From an uncultured Mollicutes bacterium (lineage in GTDB: Bacteria > Bacillota_I > Bacilli_A > ML615J-28 > CAG-313), in assembly GCA_900548675.1 (NCBI GenBank), contig URLJ01000001.1, forward strand, positions 73,855 through 137,854: a stretch of DNA of 64,000 bases. Direction: 5' to 3'. The position numbers and the translations under genes are program-made. The notes under the pieces were generated by a model that saw only the letters and a list, made by a program, of their open reading frames with translations, had not been told where the DNA came from and ran no database searches. Every line of letters begins with the position of its first letter. The first letter of the stretch is position 1. Positions 51,613-58,745 of this stretch are shown here, one piece after another.

Positions 51613-51689
51613 GCATTAGTATGCAAACTGGCAAAGCAGCTGGTCTTAGAAACCAGTGTATGAAAGTTCGACTCTTTCCTAATGCACCA
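51613..51689 (+). tRNA. tRNA with anticodon TAG (Leu by codon table) but class-I architecture (5-nt variable loop)
   Basis: Acceptor GCATTAG/CTAATGC, A73, CCA encoded. Anticodon stem CTGGT/ACCAG around loop CTTAGAA. T-arm GAAAG-TTCGACT-CTTTC. Confidence 0.6.
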
Positions 51690-51757
51690 AATTATGGTTT
51701 GCGAGGCACCCATCGGTGAGAGCTGCACATCTCACATGAGAAAACCTCGGTGCATAT

Positions 51758-51844
51758 GCACCTTTGGCGGAATAGGCAGACGCGTGGGACTTAAAATCCC
51801 ATGGACGAGAGTCCGTCCCAGTTCGATTCTGGGAAGGTGCACCA
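51758..51844 (+). tRNA. tRNA-Leu(TAA), class II with long variable arm
   Basis: Acceptor GCACCTT/AAGGTGC. Anticodon stem TGGGA/TCCCA around loop CTTAAAA. Variable arm TGGACGAGAGTCCGT. T-arm CCCAG-TTCGATT-CTGGG. CCA encoded. Confidence 0.7.
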
Positions 51845-52002
51845 GCAGGGCGAACCCGTAACGTCCCTTTGCAAATAGAATATCGGGTGGTGTGGATAAG
51901 CGAAGCTACAATGCTCAATAATAGTAGTTCTTGTTATTTATTTTTTCGTATACCATTTGGGTATACAGAACGCGCGGCGTCGCAAGCGACAGCCGTTTAT
52001 AT

Positions 52003-52089
52003 GGGTCTTTGGGTGAGCTGGCTAAAACCGCCAGACTGTAAATCTGGTCTCTTCGGAGTACCCTGGTTCGAATCCAGGAGGGCCCACCA
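52003..52089 (+). tRNA. tRNA-Tyr(GTA) with long variable arm
   Basis: Anticodon stem CCAGA/TCTGG around loop CTGTAAA. Variable stem CTC-TTCG-GAG. T-arm CCTGG-TTCGAAT-CCAGG. Acceptor GGGTCTT/AGGGCCC. CCA encoded. Confidence 0.65.
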
Positions 52090-52095
52090 TTATAT

Positions 52096-52171
52096 TCGCG
52101 GGTGGTGTAATTGGTAACACGACGGACTTTGACTCCGTAGAGTGTTGGTTCGAGACCAGCCCCGCGAGCCA
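52096..52171 (+). tRNA. tRNA-Gln(TTG)
   Basis: U1-A72 acceptor TCGCGGG/CCCGCGA. D-stem GTGT/ACAC. Anticodon stem ACGGA/TCCGT around loop CTTTGAC. T-arm GTTGG-TTCGAGA-CCAGC. G73 then CCA. Confidence 0.65.
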
Positions 52172-52254
52172 CAGCTACGCAAGTAGCGAAACACACCCCT
52201 TTCTTTTGTAGGTCAGCTGTCTCGTGTAGACCTGACAGCTGGCTAATTTCAAAT

Positions 52255-52283
52255 TTGACTTTTAGTGTGAATTTTGATATAAT
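52255..52283 (+). promoter_or_regulatory. internal promoter TTGACT-N17-TATAAT upstream of tRNA-Val
   Basis: -35 at 52255-52260 and -10 at 52278-52283. Confidence 0.5.
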
Positions 52284-52306
52284 ATTATTATAGTAAAAGT
52301 AAATAT

Positions 52307-52382
52307 AGTCCGTTAGCTCAGCTGGTAGAGCATCGCCCTTACAAGGCGGAGGTCGTTGGTTCGAACCCAACACGGACTACCA
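52307..52382 (+). tRNA. tRNA-Val(TAC)
   Basis: Acceptor AGTCCGT/ACGGACT. D-arm GCTC-AGCTGGTA-GAGC. Anticodon loop CTTACAA. T-arm GTTGG-TTCGAAC-CCAAC. CCA encoded. Confidence 0.7.
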
Positions 52383-52550
52383 TTCGAGGATAACTAACTG
52401 GTCTCACCTCTTTAAAAATGAGAACTCTGCTGCGGAGCGCGTACCATCGCAGGGACAAATAAATTAGGCGGAGCAATGCCCTAAATGCTCTGAACAAATA
52501 TGGGCACTTATATAGCGGGGTGGAGCAGTTGGCAGCTCGCCAGGCTCATA

Positions 52551-53111
52551 GAAAATTGTGGCTCCATGTAGAAATACATAGATGAACTGTGGATGAATTC
52601 AGAGGAGGCTAAGTCTTTTGGAAAAGAAAATTATAGGTTATGATGATGTATATACAATAGATACTAATGGTATTGTATATAGAAATGGTAAACCAATGTC
52701 CCCAAGGGATAATGGTATAGGTTATCAGCAAATAGGATTGCGTTTAAATCGCAGACGATACAATGTTTATATTCACAGATTGGTTTGGGAAACTTTTAAA
52801 GGAGATATACCAAATGGATATGAGATTAACCATATAGACCATAATAAACATAATAATAACTTAGATAATTTAGAGTTAGTATCTCACTCTACCAATTTAA
52901 AAAAATCAGTAGAAAGATATGGATACTATGGTTCTATGAATAGACCAAAAGATATGCGAACTTTGAGCCAAGCCGAAGATACATCTTCGGAAGGTGCAGA
53001 GACTACTGGAGAGGTATAGTCCTCTTAATAACCAGTTTAAGTATCCACTACCTAAGTCGTAAGATATGGTAAAGACATAGTCCACTCTATAATGAAAATT
53101 ATAGGTAAGTA
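52551..53111 (+). mobile_element. group-I-like intron carrying an HNH homing endonuclease ORF
   Basis: R-like TTCAGAGGAGGCTAAGTC (52598-52615) and S-like AAAGACATAGTCC (53071-53083) could pair to form P7 (GGCTA/TAGTC). The ORF lies between them, and its RBS GAGGAGG (52602-52608) is embedded in the R element. Confidence 0.45.
52618..53019 (+). CDS. intron-encoded HNH homing endonuclease (TTG start)
   Basis: Layout typical of phage HNH homing endonucleases (HNH_3/NUMOD-like): conserved YIHRLVW, then EINHIDHNKHNNNLDNLELVSHSTN. RBS 9 nt upstream of the TTG start. Confidence 0.55.
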   Translation: MEKKIIGYDDVYTIDTNGIVYRNGKPMSPRDNGIGYQQIGLRLNRRRYNVYIHRLVWETFKGDIPNGYEINHIDHNKHNNNLDNLELVSHSTNLKKSVERYGYYGSMNRPKDMRTLSQAEDTSSEGAETTGEV

Positions 53112-53177
53112 AACCCGAAGGTCGTAGGTTCAAATCCTACTCCCGCAACCAATAGAAGATCATAGAGGTTGGTAAAA

Positions 53178-53459
53178 ATGGCAATTATCTATTATATAGA
53201 CAACAAAGCAAACTGGAAAGGATATGTTGGTTGTTCTAAAACTCCACTATCTCATAGATGGGGGAAACATAAATATTTATTAAGGCATAACCTACATTCT
53301 AACAAGGAACTGCAAGATGACTGGAATAAATATGGAGAGCACAGCTTTAGTGCTTTTGTTATAGAAACCTGCCCAGATAGTAAGATGCTAGAGAGAGAAA
53401 AGTATCATATAAACAGATTACAAACAAATGTCAGAGGGGTTGGGTACAACCAGAAGTAA
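53178..53459 (+). CDS. GIY-YIG endonuclease, catalytic-domain-only (93 aa)
   Basis: IYYIDNKANWKGYVGCS...R...KH...E...N is the classic GIY-YIG motif set. Starts 27 nt after the tRNA-Met 3' exon. No DNA-binding extension. Confidence 0.5.
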   Translation: MAIIYYIDNKANWKGYVGCSKTPLSHRWGKHKYLLRHNLHSNKELQDDWNKYGEHSFSAFVIETCPDSKMLEREKYHINRLQTNVRGVGYNQK

Positions 53460-53748
53460 CTGATTTTTAAGAGGGATAGTTTGGTGGGCACCTCACCATT
53501 AAGAGCTGGTGCTGAATTGGACAACTATTATTTGCTACCAATTATTTGAAAAAAGTTTTAAAAAAGACTTGATTCAAGGTAGCAACATAGTTTATAATAT
53601 AAATGTAAAATGAAAAAGGAAAAATAAAAAAGACTTCTAATCCTTTACCATTTAGCGTAATAGCTCTGGTTTATTAGAAGCAAAAAATATTTATTTTAGA
53701 AAGGGTATCCAATTGGCTGCTATAAGGTTGGATATTAGGGTGAAAATT

Positions 53749-54000
53749 ATGGCTAAAGAAAGATTTAATGTAATGGGAAAAGAACTTACTGCAAATGAAA
53801 AAGCAGTATATGAATTCGTAAGGGACAACGGAGTAGTTGATTACAAGATGGTTGCTGAAAAACTAAATATCAGTCCAAAGAGTGCATCAAGCACACTAGC
53901 AAGACTAGAAGCAACTCATTCACTATTAAAGAAAAATGCTCCAAAAGTTGCTACAACTTATGAAGTAGAAGCTGAAGCTGACGAAGTTGAAGCTGAATAG
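53749..54000 (+). CDS. small winged-helix-like protein, family W paralog 1
   Basis: MAKERFNVMGKELTANEKAVYEFV...SPKSASSTLARLEATHSLLKK aligns with four other copies. Acidic C-terminus. Confidence 0.4.
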   Translation: MAKERFNVMGKELTANEKAVYEFVRDNGVVDYKMVAEKLNISPKSASSTLARLEATHSLLKKNAPKVATTYEVEAEADEVEAE

Positions 54001-54002
54001 TA

Positions 54003-54040
54003 ATAGGAGTATCGGCTTAGCCGAGCTCCTATAATATATT
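54003..54040 (+). terminator. hairpin terminator (weak T-tract)
   Basis: ATAGGAG-TATCGGCTTAGCCGA-GCTCCTAT. Confidence 0.35.
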
Positions 54041-54366
54041 AAGGTTTTTATTCTTCACAATATAAAAGGGGTTGCTTGTGGTTGCCCCAACCAAAAACAT
54101 AAGTGGTGGTAGGTTTGCTCGTTAGGGGCTGCGAGGGTAAATAAAGAACAGCAGAACTGGTTGCATAATACGAGTGGCAAGGCAAGAGCCTTGTCTTTTT
54201 TTTATTTTTTAATTTTAGACTTGACAAACGGTACTTGCATATGATAAAAAAACTTTTTTATTTTTTTTTGCAAAAAAGACTTGACGAGATCCCTTAAAAT
54301 GAATTATAATTATTATAATGGGAGTGATATATATAAAAAAAAAGAAAAATTTACGGAGATGATATT

Positions 54367-54858
54367 ATGTGGAAATCGTATGATGATATATATGAGATAA
54401 GCACTGGTGGTAAGATAAGAAATAAGAAAAGTCCTGATAAGATATTAAAGACATATGTTAATAATTGTGGATATGAGAAATTCAAGGGCCACAATGTACA
54501 TCAGTATGTACATAGAATGGTAGCGGAGACATTCATACCTAATCCATCTGGTAAAGAACAAGTGAACCATAAAAATGGGGATAAGCTGGATAACAGGGCA
54601 GAAAATCTTGAATGGGTAACTCGTAGTGAGAACGTATCTCACGCTTATAAGTGCCTAGGAAGAAAACGTAGTTACTGTGGTTCAAAAGGACATAATGCTA
54701 AAAAGGTATATCAGTATTCATTAGAAGGTCAGCTCCTTACTACCTATAATTCGGTGGGTGCAGCTGCAGAAGCTGTCGGAGGTGCAAGTCCTAACATCAG
54801 CAGATGTTGCAATGGGCATATTAAAACATACAAAAACTTTGTATGGAAAAATGAATAA
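54367..54858 (+). CDS. HNH homing endonuclease (free-standing)
   Basis: YVHRMVAETF and NHKNGDKLDNRAENLEWVTRSEN follow the same pattern as the intron-encoded HNH. Own promoter TTGACG...TATAAT at about 54287-54320. Confidence 0.5.
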   Translation: MWKSYDDIYEISTGGKIRNKKSPDKILKTYVNNCGYEKFKGHNVHQYVHRMVAETFIPNPSGKEQVNHKNGDKLDNRAENLEWVTRSENVSHAYKCLGRKRSYCGSKGHNAKKVYQYSLEGQLLTTYNSVGAAAEAVGGASPNISRCCNGHIKTYKNFVWKNE

Positions 54859-54913
54859 AAATACTTGACTTGTCCTTCCTTAAAGATTTATGATATAATG
54901 GGAGAGTATTATT

Positions 54914-54927
54914 AAAAAAAAAAAAAA
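54914..54927 (+). repeat. A14 homopolymer at the 5' end of an ORF-less transcript
   Basis: 14 consecutive A immediately after TATAATGGGAGAG. Confidence 0.7.
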
Positions 54928-55345
54928 TAGATCCCAGCTCCCTTAGCCTGATCCAGCTCCAAATCCCAGCTCCCACCTAAGGGGTTAGCTATGAGGGCGC
55001 AGCTCCAGATTGCTACCAGGGGATAGGTGGCAATGAATTATTTCCTGGGAAATATTTGCTAGCAAAAAATGGGTAGACTCCCCCCTCCCCTTCTTCTGGC
55101 AGTTAGATCTCATTACACGGCTCGGGTCTAACTATCGCCCACATAATTAATTTTTCTTTTCCTCCTTTCTTTATAATATAATTATACATCTTTCAGCTCC
55201 CAATAGTCAAGTATTTTTTGAAAAATTTTAGCAGCTCCCATTGCCCCCCACCTTCCAGCTCCCATAGCGCAGCTCCGGTAGGTAAAGCGCAGCTCCCACC
55301 CAGCTCCCAATAGGTGGCAATGCCAGCTCCCTGCTACCAAATTAT
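54928..55345 (+). repeat. CCAGCTCC(C) / ATAGGTGGCAA repeat island (the minus strand reads GGGAGCTGG)
   Basis: At least 10 copies of CAGCTCC and 3 copies of ATAGGTGGCAA in two blocks (54928-55010 and 55193-55345). Promoter-driven with no credible ORF; the track ORF 55182-55433 (-) is judged a spurious product of these repeats. Confidence 0.5.
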
Positions 55346-55492
55346 AGGTGGCAACACCTGATCTGATCCACCTTGACCGGATCTCTTGCCCTTGGGATAA
55401 TTTTTGCAATAAATTTTTAAAAAAGACTTGCATTTTACTCCATAATTTGATATAATTATATTGTAAATAAAAAAGAAAGGAAGAGTGGTAAA

Positions 55493-55672
55493 ATGAAACA
55501 AAAACTAATTAAAAAATTGCACGATCTAATGCTACAAATAATTACTTGTAATGATGCTGAACTTGACAAGATAGGAATTGAACTTGCCGAAATAGAAAAA
55601 CAATTAATTAATTGGCAAGAAAAAAATCTCAAAAAAAATAAAAAAATACTTGACTTTAAGGACAAGATGTAG
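55493..55672 (+). CDS. small hypothetical protein (59 aa)
   Basis: RBS AAAGGAAGAGTGG before ATG 55493. Its 3' end overlaps the next promoter. Confidence 0.35.
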   Translation: MKQKLIKKLHDLMLQIITCNDAELDKIGIELAEIEKQLINWQEKNLKKNKKILDFKDKM

Positions 55673-55740
55673 TATAATTAATATATCAAATGAAGAAATA
55701 AAAGAAAAGTAAAAAAAGTTAAAAAAATTAAAAAAAACAC

Positions 55741-55769
55741 TTGACTTTTAAATCTGAATTTGATATAAT
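55741..55769 (+). promoter_or_regulatory. consensus promoter TTGACT-N17-TATAAT
   Basis: -35 at 55741-55746 and -10 at 55764-55769. Confidence 0.55.
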
Positions 55770-55833
55770 ATATATGTAAATAAAAAAAGAAAGGGCATTA
55801 ACAAATTAGTCGGTTAATGTAATGGTGATTAAA

Positions 55834-56079
55834 ATGGCTAAAACAAAAGAATTATTTAATGTTAGAGGAGTAAACTTAACTGCTCACGAAAAAAATGTTT
55901 ACGACAAAGTAAAGGAATTAGGCACTGTTGACTACAACCAAGTAGCAACTGCTTGTAATGTATCTACTAAGTCTGCTATTGCAACATTAGCAAGATTAGA
56001 AAAAACTCACGGTTTATTAAGAAAAAATGAACCAGTAAAAGTAACTACTTATGAAGTTGCTGATGTAGAGGGCGAATAG
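55834..56079 (+). CDS. small winged-helix-like protein, family W paralog 2
   Basis: MAKTKELFNVRGVNLTAHEKNVYDKV...STKSAIATLARLEKTHGLLRKNEPVKVTTYEV. Confidence 0.45.
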   Translation: MAKTKELFNVRGVNLTAHEKNVYDKVKELGTVDYNQVATACNVSTKSAIATLARLEKTHGLLRKNEPVKVTTYEVADVEGE

Positions 56080-56092
56080 TCCTCTTTTTTTA
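56063..56092 (+). terminator. intrinsic terminator
   Basis: AGAGG-gcgaatagt-CCTCT followed by T7. Confidence 0.5.
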
Positions 56093-56104
56093 TTTACTGT
56101 AAAG

Positions 56105-56118
56105 CGAACAAATGTTTG
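56105..56118. promoter_or_regulatory. LexA Cheo-box-like site CGAACAAATGTTTG
   Basis: GAAC-N4-GTTT, 8 nt upstream of a TTGACA. Confidence 0.4.
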
Positions 56119-56207
56119 TCAAATACTTGACAAAAAATTTTTTTATTTTTTTTATTAAAAATACTTGACTTTGTGGGGGAAAGTGTGATATAATTAAAGG
56201 GGAAGTA

Positions 56208-56227
56208 TTTTTTTTTTTTTTTTTTTT
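56208..56227 (+). repeat. T20 homopolymer
   Basis: 20 consecutive T directly downstream of promoter 56170-56198, at the 5' end of an ORF-less GC-rich transcript. Confidence 0.7.
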
Positions 56228-56271
56228 AGTAGCTTCGCAGCTGCCACAGCAGCAGCTCAGCTCCCAGCTCC

Positions 56272-56291
56272 GACACACCCGGGTGCGTTGT
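56272..56291 (+). repeat. conserved 21-nt motif copy 1 (GACACACCCGGGTGCGTTGT)
   Basis: Member of the 7-copy family with consensus TGATACGCCCGGNTGAGTTGTA. Confidence 0.5.
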
Positions 56292-56352
56292 TGCCCCCCG
56301 TTAGGGGGTAAGGGGCTAGGTGGTTGCCCCTGGGTTGGGTTAACCCAAGATC

Positions 56353-56374
56353 TGATACGCCCGGTTGAGTTGTA
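56353..56374 (+). repeat. conserved 21-nt motif copy 2 (TGATACGCCCGGTTGAGTTGTA), flanked by AGATCT and preceded by the GGGTTAACCC palindrome
   Basis: Direct sequence match. Confidence 0.55.
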
Positions 56375-56403
56375 AGATCTTTTTGATCCGGGAGAGGATC
56401 TCA

Positions 56404-56425
56404 CGATACGCCCGGATGAGTTGTC
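56404..56425 (+). repeat. conserved 21-nt motif copy 3 (CGATACGCCCGGATGAGTTGTC)
   Basis: Direct sequence match. Confidence 0.55.
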
Positions 56426-56535
56426 TTTCATTATTATAATATAAAAAAACTTGAAAAACTTTTATAAAAATGCTTGACTTCTTTTTCTTTATTTGGTATA
56501 ATTAAGATGTAATAAAGAAAGGAAAGGTGTTAAAA

Positions 56536-56727
56536 ATGACTGAAACACAAGAATTGATTTTAAATAAGTTAGGGGAATTATGTAGAATTTATCCACAACA
56601 AAGATTAGGACAAATAATCTATAATTATATTTTAAGGTATTGTCCTAATAACGATTGTTTCTTTATAGAAGATACTAAACTTTTAGAATTATTAGAAACA
56701 ATTACAAAAGAAATTGAAGAAAAGTAA
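56536..56727 (+). CDS. hypothetical small protein (63 aa)
   Basis: RBS AGGAAAGGTG before ATG 56536. Promoter at 56473-56503. Confidence 0.4.
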   Translation: MTETQELILNKLGELCRIYPQQRLGQIIYNYILRYCPNNDCFFIEDTKLLELLETITKEIEEK

Positions 56728-56797
56728 AAAAAATACTTGACTTTAATTTCTACCTATGATATAATTAAGATGTAATAAAGAAAGGAAAGTGATAAAA

Positions 56798-56920
56798 ATG
56801 GCAATGACACCTGCAAAAAGACATCAAATAAGAGCAAAGCAAGAGGCAATGCAAAAAGCAAGAAAAGAGGAAAGACTTGGACTTGCTAAAAAAACAGCAA
56901 AGAAAAAGGGAAGAAAATAA
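56798..56920 (+). CDS. small basic protein (40 aa, Lys/Arg-rich)
   Basis: RBS AAAGGAAAGTG before ATG. Own promoter. Followed by the hairpin GGGAAGAAA-ataa-TTTCTTCCC. Confidence 0.35.
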   Translation: MAMTPAKRHQIRAKQEAMQKARKEERLGLAKKTAKKKGRK

Positions 56921-56964
56921 TTTCTTCCCCCCTCAAAAAAAATTAAAAAAAGTTAAAAAAGGTA

Positions 56965-56993
56965 TTGACATTTGACCTAATAAATGTTATAAT
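56965..56993 (+). promoter_or_regulatory. consensus promoter TTGACA-N17-TATAAT
   Basis: -35 at 56965-56970 and -10 at 56988-56993. Confidence 0.55.
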
Positions 56994-57045
56994 TAATATG
57001 TAAATGAGAGATAGCCACTCTCAAAAAGAAAGGAAAGTGATAAAA

Positions 57046-57291
57046 ATGGCAAAAACTAAAGAAACTTTTAATGTAAGAGGTGTAGAACTAACTGCACACG
57101 AAAAAAATGTTTATGAAAAGGTTGTAGAACTTGGAAAAGTTGACTATAATCAAATTGCTACAAGTTGTAATGTAAGTCCTAAAAGTGCGATAGCAACACT
57201 TGCTAGACTTGAAAAAACACACGGACTTCTAAAGAAAAATGAACCTGTAAAGGTTACAACTTACGAAATCGCCGAAGATATAGAGGACTAG
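57046..57291 (+). CDS. small winged-helix-like protein, family W paralog 3
   Basis: MAKTKETFNVRGVELTAHEKNVYEKV...SPKSAIATLARLEKTHGLLKKNEPVKVTTYEI. Confidence 0.45.
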   Translation: MAKTKETFNVRGVELTAHEKNVYEKVVELGKVDYNQIATSCNVSPKSAIATLARLEKTHGLLKKNEPVKVTTYEIAEDIED

Positions 57292-57308
57292 AAACCTCTA
57301 TATTTTTT
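57270..57308 (+). terminator. intrinsic terminator
   Basis: TATAGAGG-actagaaa-CCTCTATA followed by T7. Confidence 0.5.
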
Positions 57309-57320
57309 TATGTTCTAATA

Positions 57321-57334
57321 CGAACAAATGTTCG
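57321..57334. promoter_or_regulatory. LexA Cheo-box, perfect match CGAACAAATGTTCG
   Basis: Exact fit to the Gram-positive SOS box consensus CGAAC-N4-GTTCG. Confidence 0.5.
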
Positions 57335-57465
57335 CTTTTGGCCCCCCCAAAAAAAATTAAAAAAATTACAAAAAACTATTGACTTTCACTTGCATTTTTG
57401 CTATAATTATGTTAGAGGTGGAGGAGAGCCCCTTATAAAAAAGATCTTCCTTTAGATCATCTGAT

Positions 57466-57487
57466 GATACGCCCGGATCAGTTGTAT
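57466..57487 (+). repeat. conserved 21-nt motif copy 4 (TGATACGCCCGGATCAGTTGTA)
   Basis: Sits in an ORF-less unit behind promoter 57383-57412, preceded by the AGATCT...AGATC inverted repeat. Confidence 0.55.
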
Positions 57488-57682
57488 GGGTTGGGATGCT
57501 CCCAAAAAAATTAAAAAAAATATAAAAAAAGTATTGACTTTTGATTTGGTCTATGATATACTTAATATGTAATCAAGGAAAGACACCAAAGAAAAAAAAT
57601 AAAAAAAATTATAAAAAAGTGTTGACACTGATTAGAAAGTATGTTATAATAAATATGTAATTAAGAAAGGAAAGTGAATTAA

Positions 57683-58447
57683 ATGGAAACAAAAGGTTAT
57701 CCACAAAAACAAAAAAATATCAATGTTAGAAAGGTTAAAAATGTTTTAGGAATTGATACTGAAACTATAATGGACTTACAAAATGCAATGCCATTTGATA
57801 TCGGTTATGTTGTTTACAATAACAAAGAAGATAAAATCGAAAAACAAGGAACTTATCTTGTTAGAAAGTTTGTAAATAATAAATACATTATTTTATCAAG
57901 TTGGAGTGCTAACAAGTACGAAAGATATTATAAACCACTTTTAAACACTAAAACAAAAGATGTTAAAGTTGAAAGTGTAGAAAAAATAGCAAAAGAATTT
58001 GCTAAAATAATTAAAAAATATGATATCAAATATATGTTTGCACACAATGGACAATTTGATTATCAAGCACTTAAAAGATTATTTGAAGATGTTGGAGTTA
58101 AAAACCCTTTTGAAAATCTTGATATAATTGATACAATGATGTTAAGTTATAAAACTATTACAACTACAAAAGAATATGAAAACTTTTGTAAAGAAAATAA
58201 AAACATCACAAAATTACAAGATAAAAAAGTTGTTAGTCGTTTTATTACTGATAGTAATAGAGTAAGACAAACTGCCGAAAGTATCTTCGCATTTATAGAT
58301 AAAAATATTGATTTTGAAGAAAATCACACAGGACTTGAAGATATAAAAATTGAATTAGAAATCTTTAAGTATTGCAAGGGTAAAAAAGCAATTTTCCCTA
58401 TCAATACACAACCAACTTGGCGTGATTTTGCAAAATTAGAAAGTTAA
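57683..58447 (+). CDS. DEDDh 3'-5' exonuclease (DnaQ-like), paralog 2
   Basis: Exo I GIDTETI, Exo II HNGQFDY, Exo III HTGLEDI. Confidence 0.5.
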   Translation: METKGYPQKQKNINVRKVKNVLGIDTETIMDLQNAMPFDIGYVVYNNKEDKIEKQGTYLVRKFVNNKYIILSSWSANKYERYYKPLLNTKTKDVKVESVEKIAKEFAKIIKKYDIKYMFAHNGQFDYQALKRLFEDVGVKNPFENLDIIDTMMLSYKTITTTKEYENFCKENKNITKLQDKKVVSRFITDSNRVRQTAESIFAFIDKNIDFEENHTGLEDIKIELEIFKYCKGKKAIFPINTQPTWRDFAKLES

Positions 58448-58585
58448 AAAAACTTTCTTTTTTTTGTAAAAAAGTATTGACTTTATACCAAAACAATGCT
58501 ATAATTATAATGGGGGTGGATGATGATGATATATATAACAACGCCGCCTGGCGTGTCATAAACGTCCCCCTTGGGTTAACCCAAA

Positions 58586-58607
58586 TGATACACCTGGATG
58601 AGTTGTA
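58586..58607 (+). repeat. conserved 21-nt motif copy 5 (TGATACACCTGGATGAGTTGTA), preceded by the TTGGGTTAACCCAA palindrome
   Basis: Sits in an ORF-less unit behind promoter 58477-58505, whose transcript starts ATAATGGGGGTGG. Confidence 0.55.
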
Positions 58608-58745
58608 GACAAAAGCCTAGAATAAAAAAGTTAAAAAAGTTTTAAAAAACTATTGACAATGACCTAATACTATGCTATAATATATATGTAAGATAAAGAA
58701 AGATATATCTTACAAATGATTATTTAAGAAAGGAAAGTGATACAA

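Larger units (their letters stand above)
52514..53151 (+). tRNA. initiator-like tRNA-Met(CAT) split by a ~560-bp group-I-like intron (exon 1 ~52514-52550, exon 2 ~53112-53151)
   Basis: Exon 1 AGCGGGGTGGAGCAGTTGGCAGCTCGCCAGGCTCATA closely resembles the fMet tRNA 5' half, including a 1:72 mismatch. Exon 2 ACCCGAAGGTCGTAGGTTCAAATCCTACTCCCGCAACCA is the matching 3' half. Caveat: the anticodon stem as spliced (CCAGG vs CCCGA) has two mismatches, so the gene may be degenerate or the junction misplaced. Confidence 0.5.

Noticed and set aside
51613-51689. Amber-suppressor tRNA (anticodon CUA) on the reverse strand
   Set aside because: The reverse strand lacks a proper T-loop, D-loop and CCA end. Only the + strand folds as a tRNA, giving anticodon UAG.
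51679-52373. Track ORFs 51679-51918 (-), 51869-52117 (+) and 51915-52373 (-)
   Set aside because: They overlap well-folding tRNA genes and structured RNA, and are not protein-coding.
55182-55433. Track ORFs on the - strand inside the repeat islands (55182-55433, 56090-56431, also 50640-50852 +)
   Set aside because: Their sequences are made of translated CAGCTCC/GGAGCTG repeats. They have no RBS, and they run against the local transcription direction set by the promoters. They are treated as non-coding repeat DNA.
54860-57500. CRISPR array
   Set aside because: The repeats (CAGCTCC, 21-nt motif) are not regularly spaced direct repeats of 24-40 bp separated by unique spacers, and there are no cas genes.
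57440-57500. Hammerhead ribozyme (CUGAUGA present in motif copies 4 and 6)
   Set aside because: The rest of the hammerhead core (GAAA plus a stem III flanking a GUC cleavage site) is not in the right arrangement. The other five motif copies have CUGAUA or CGAUAC instead.
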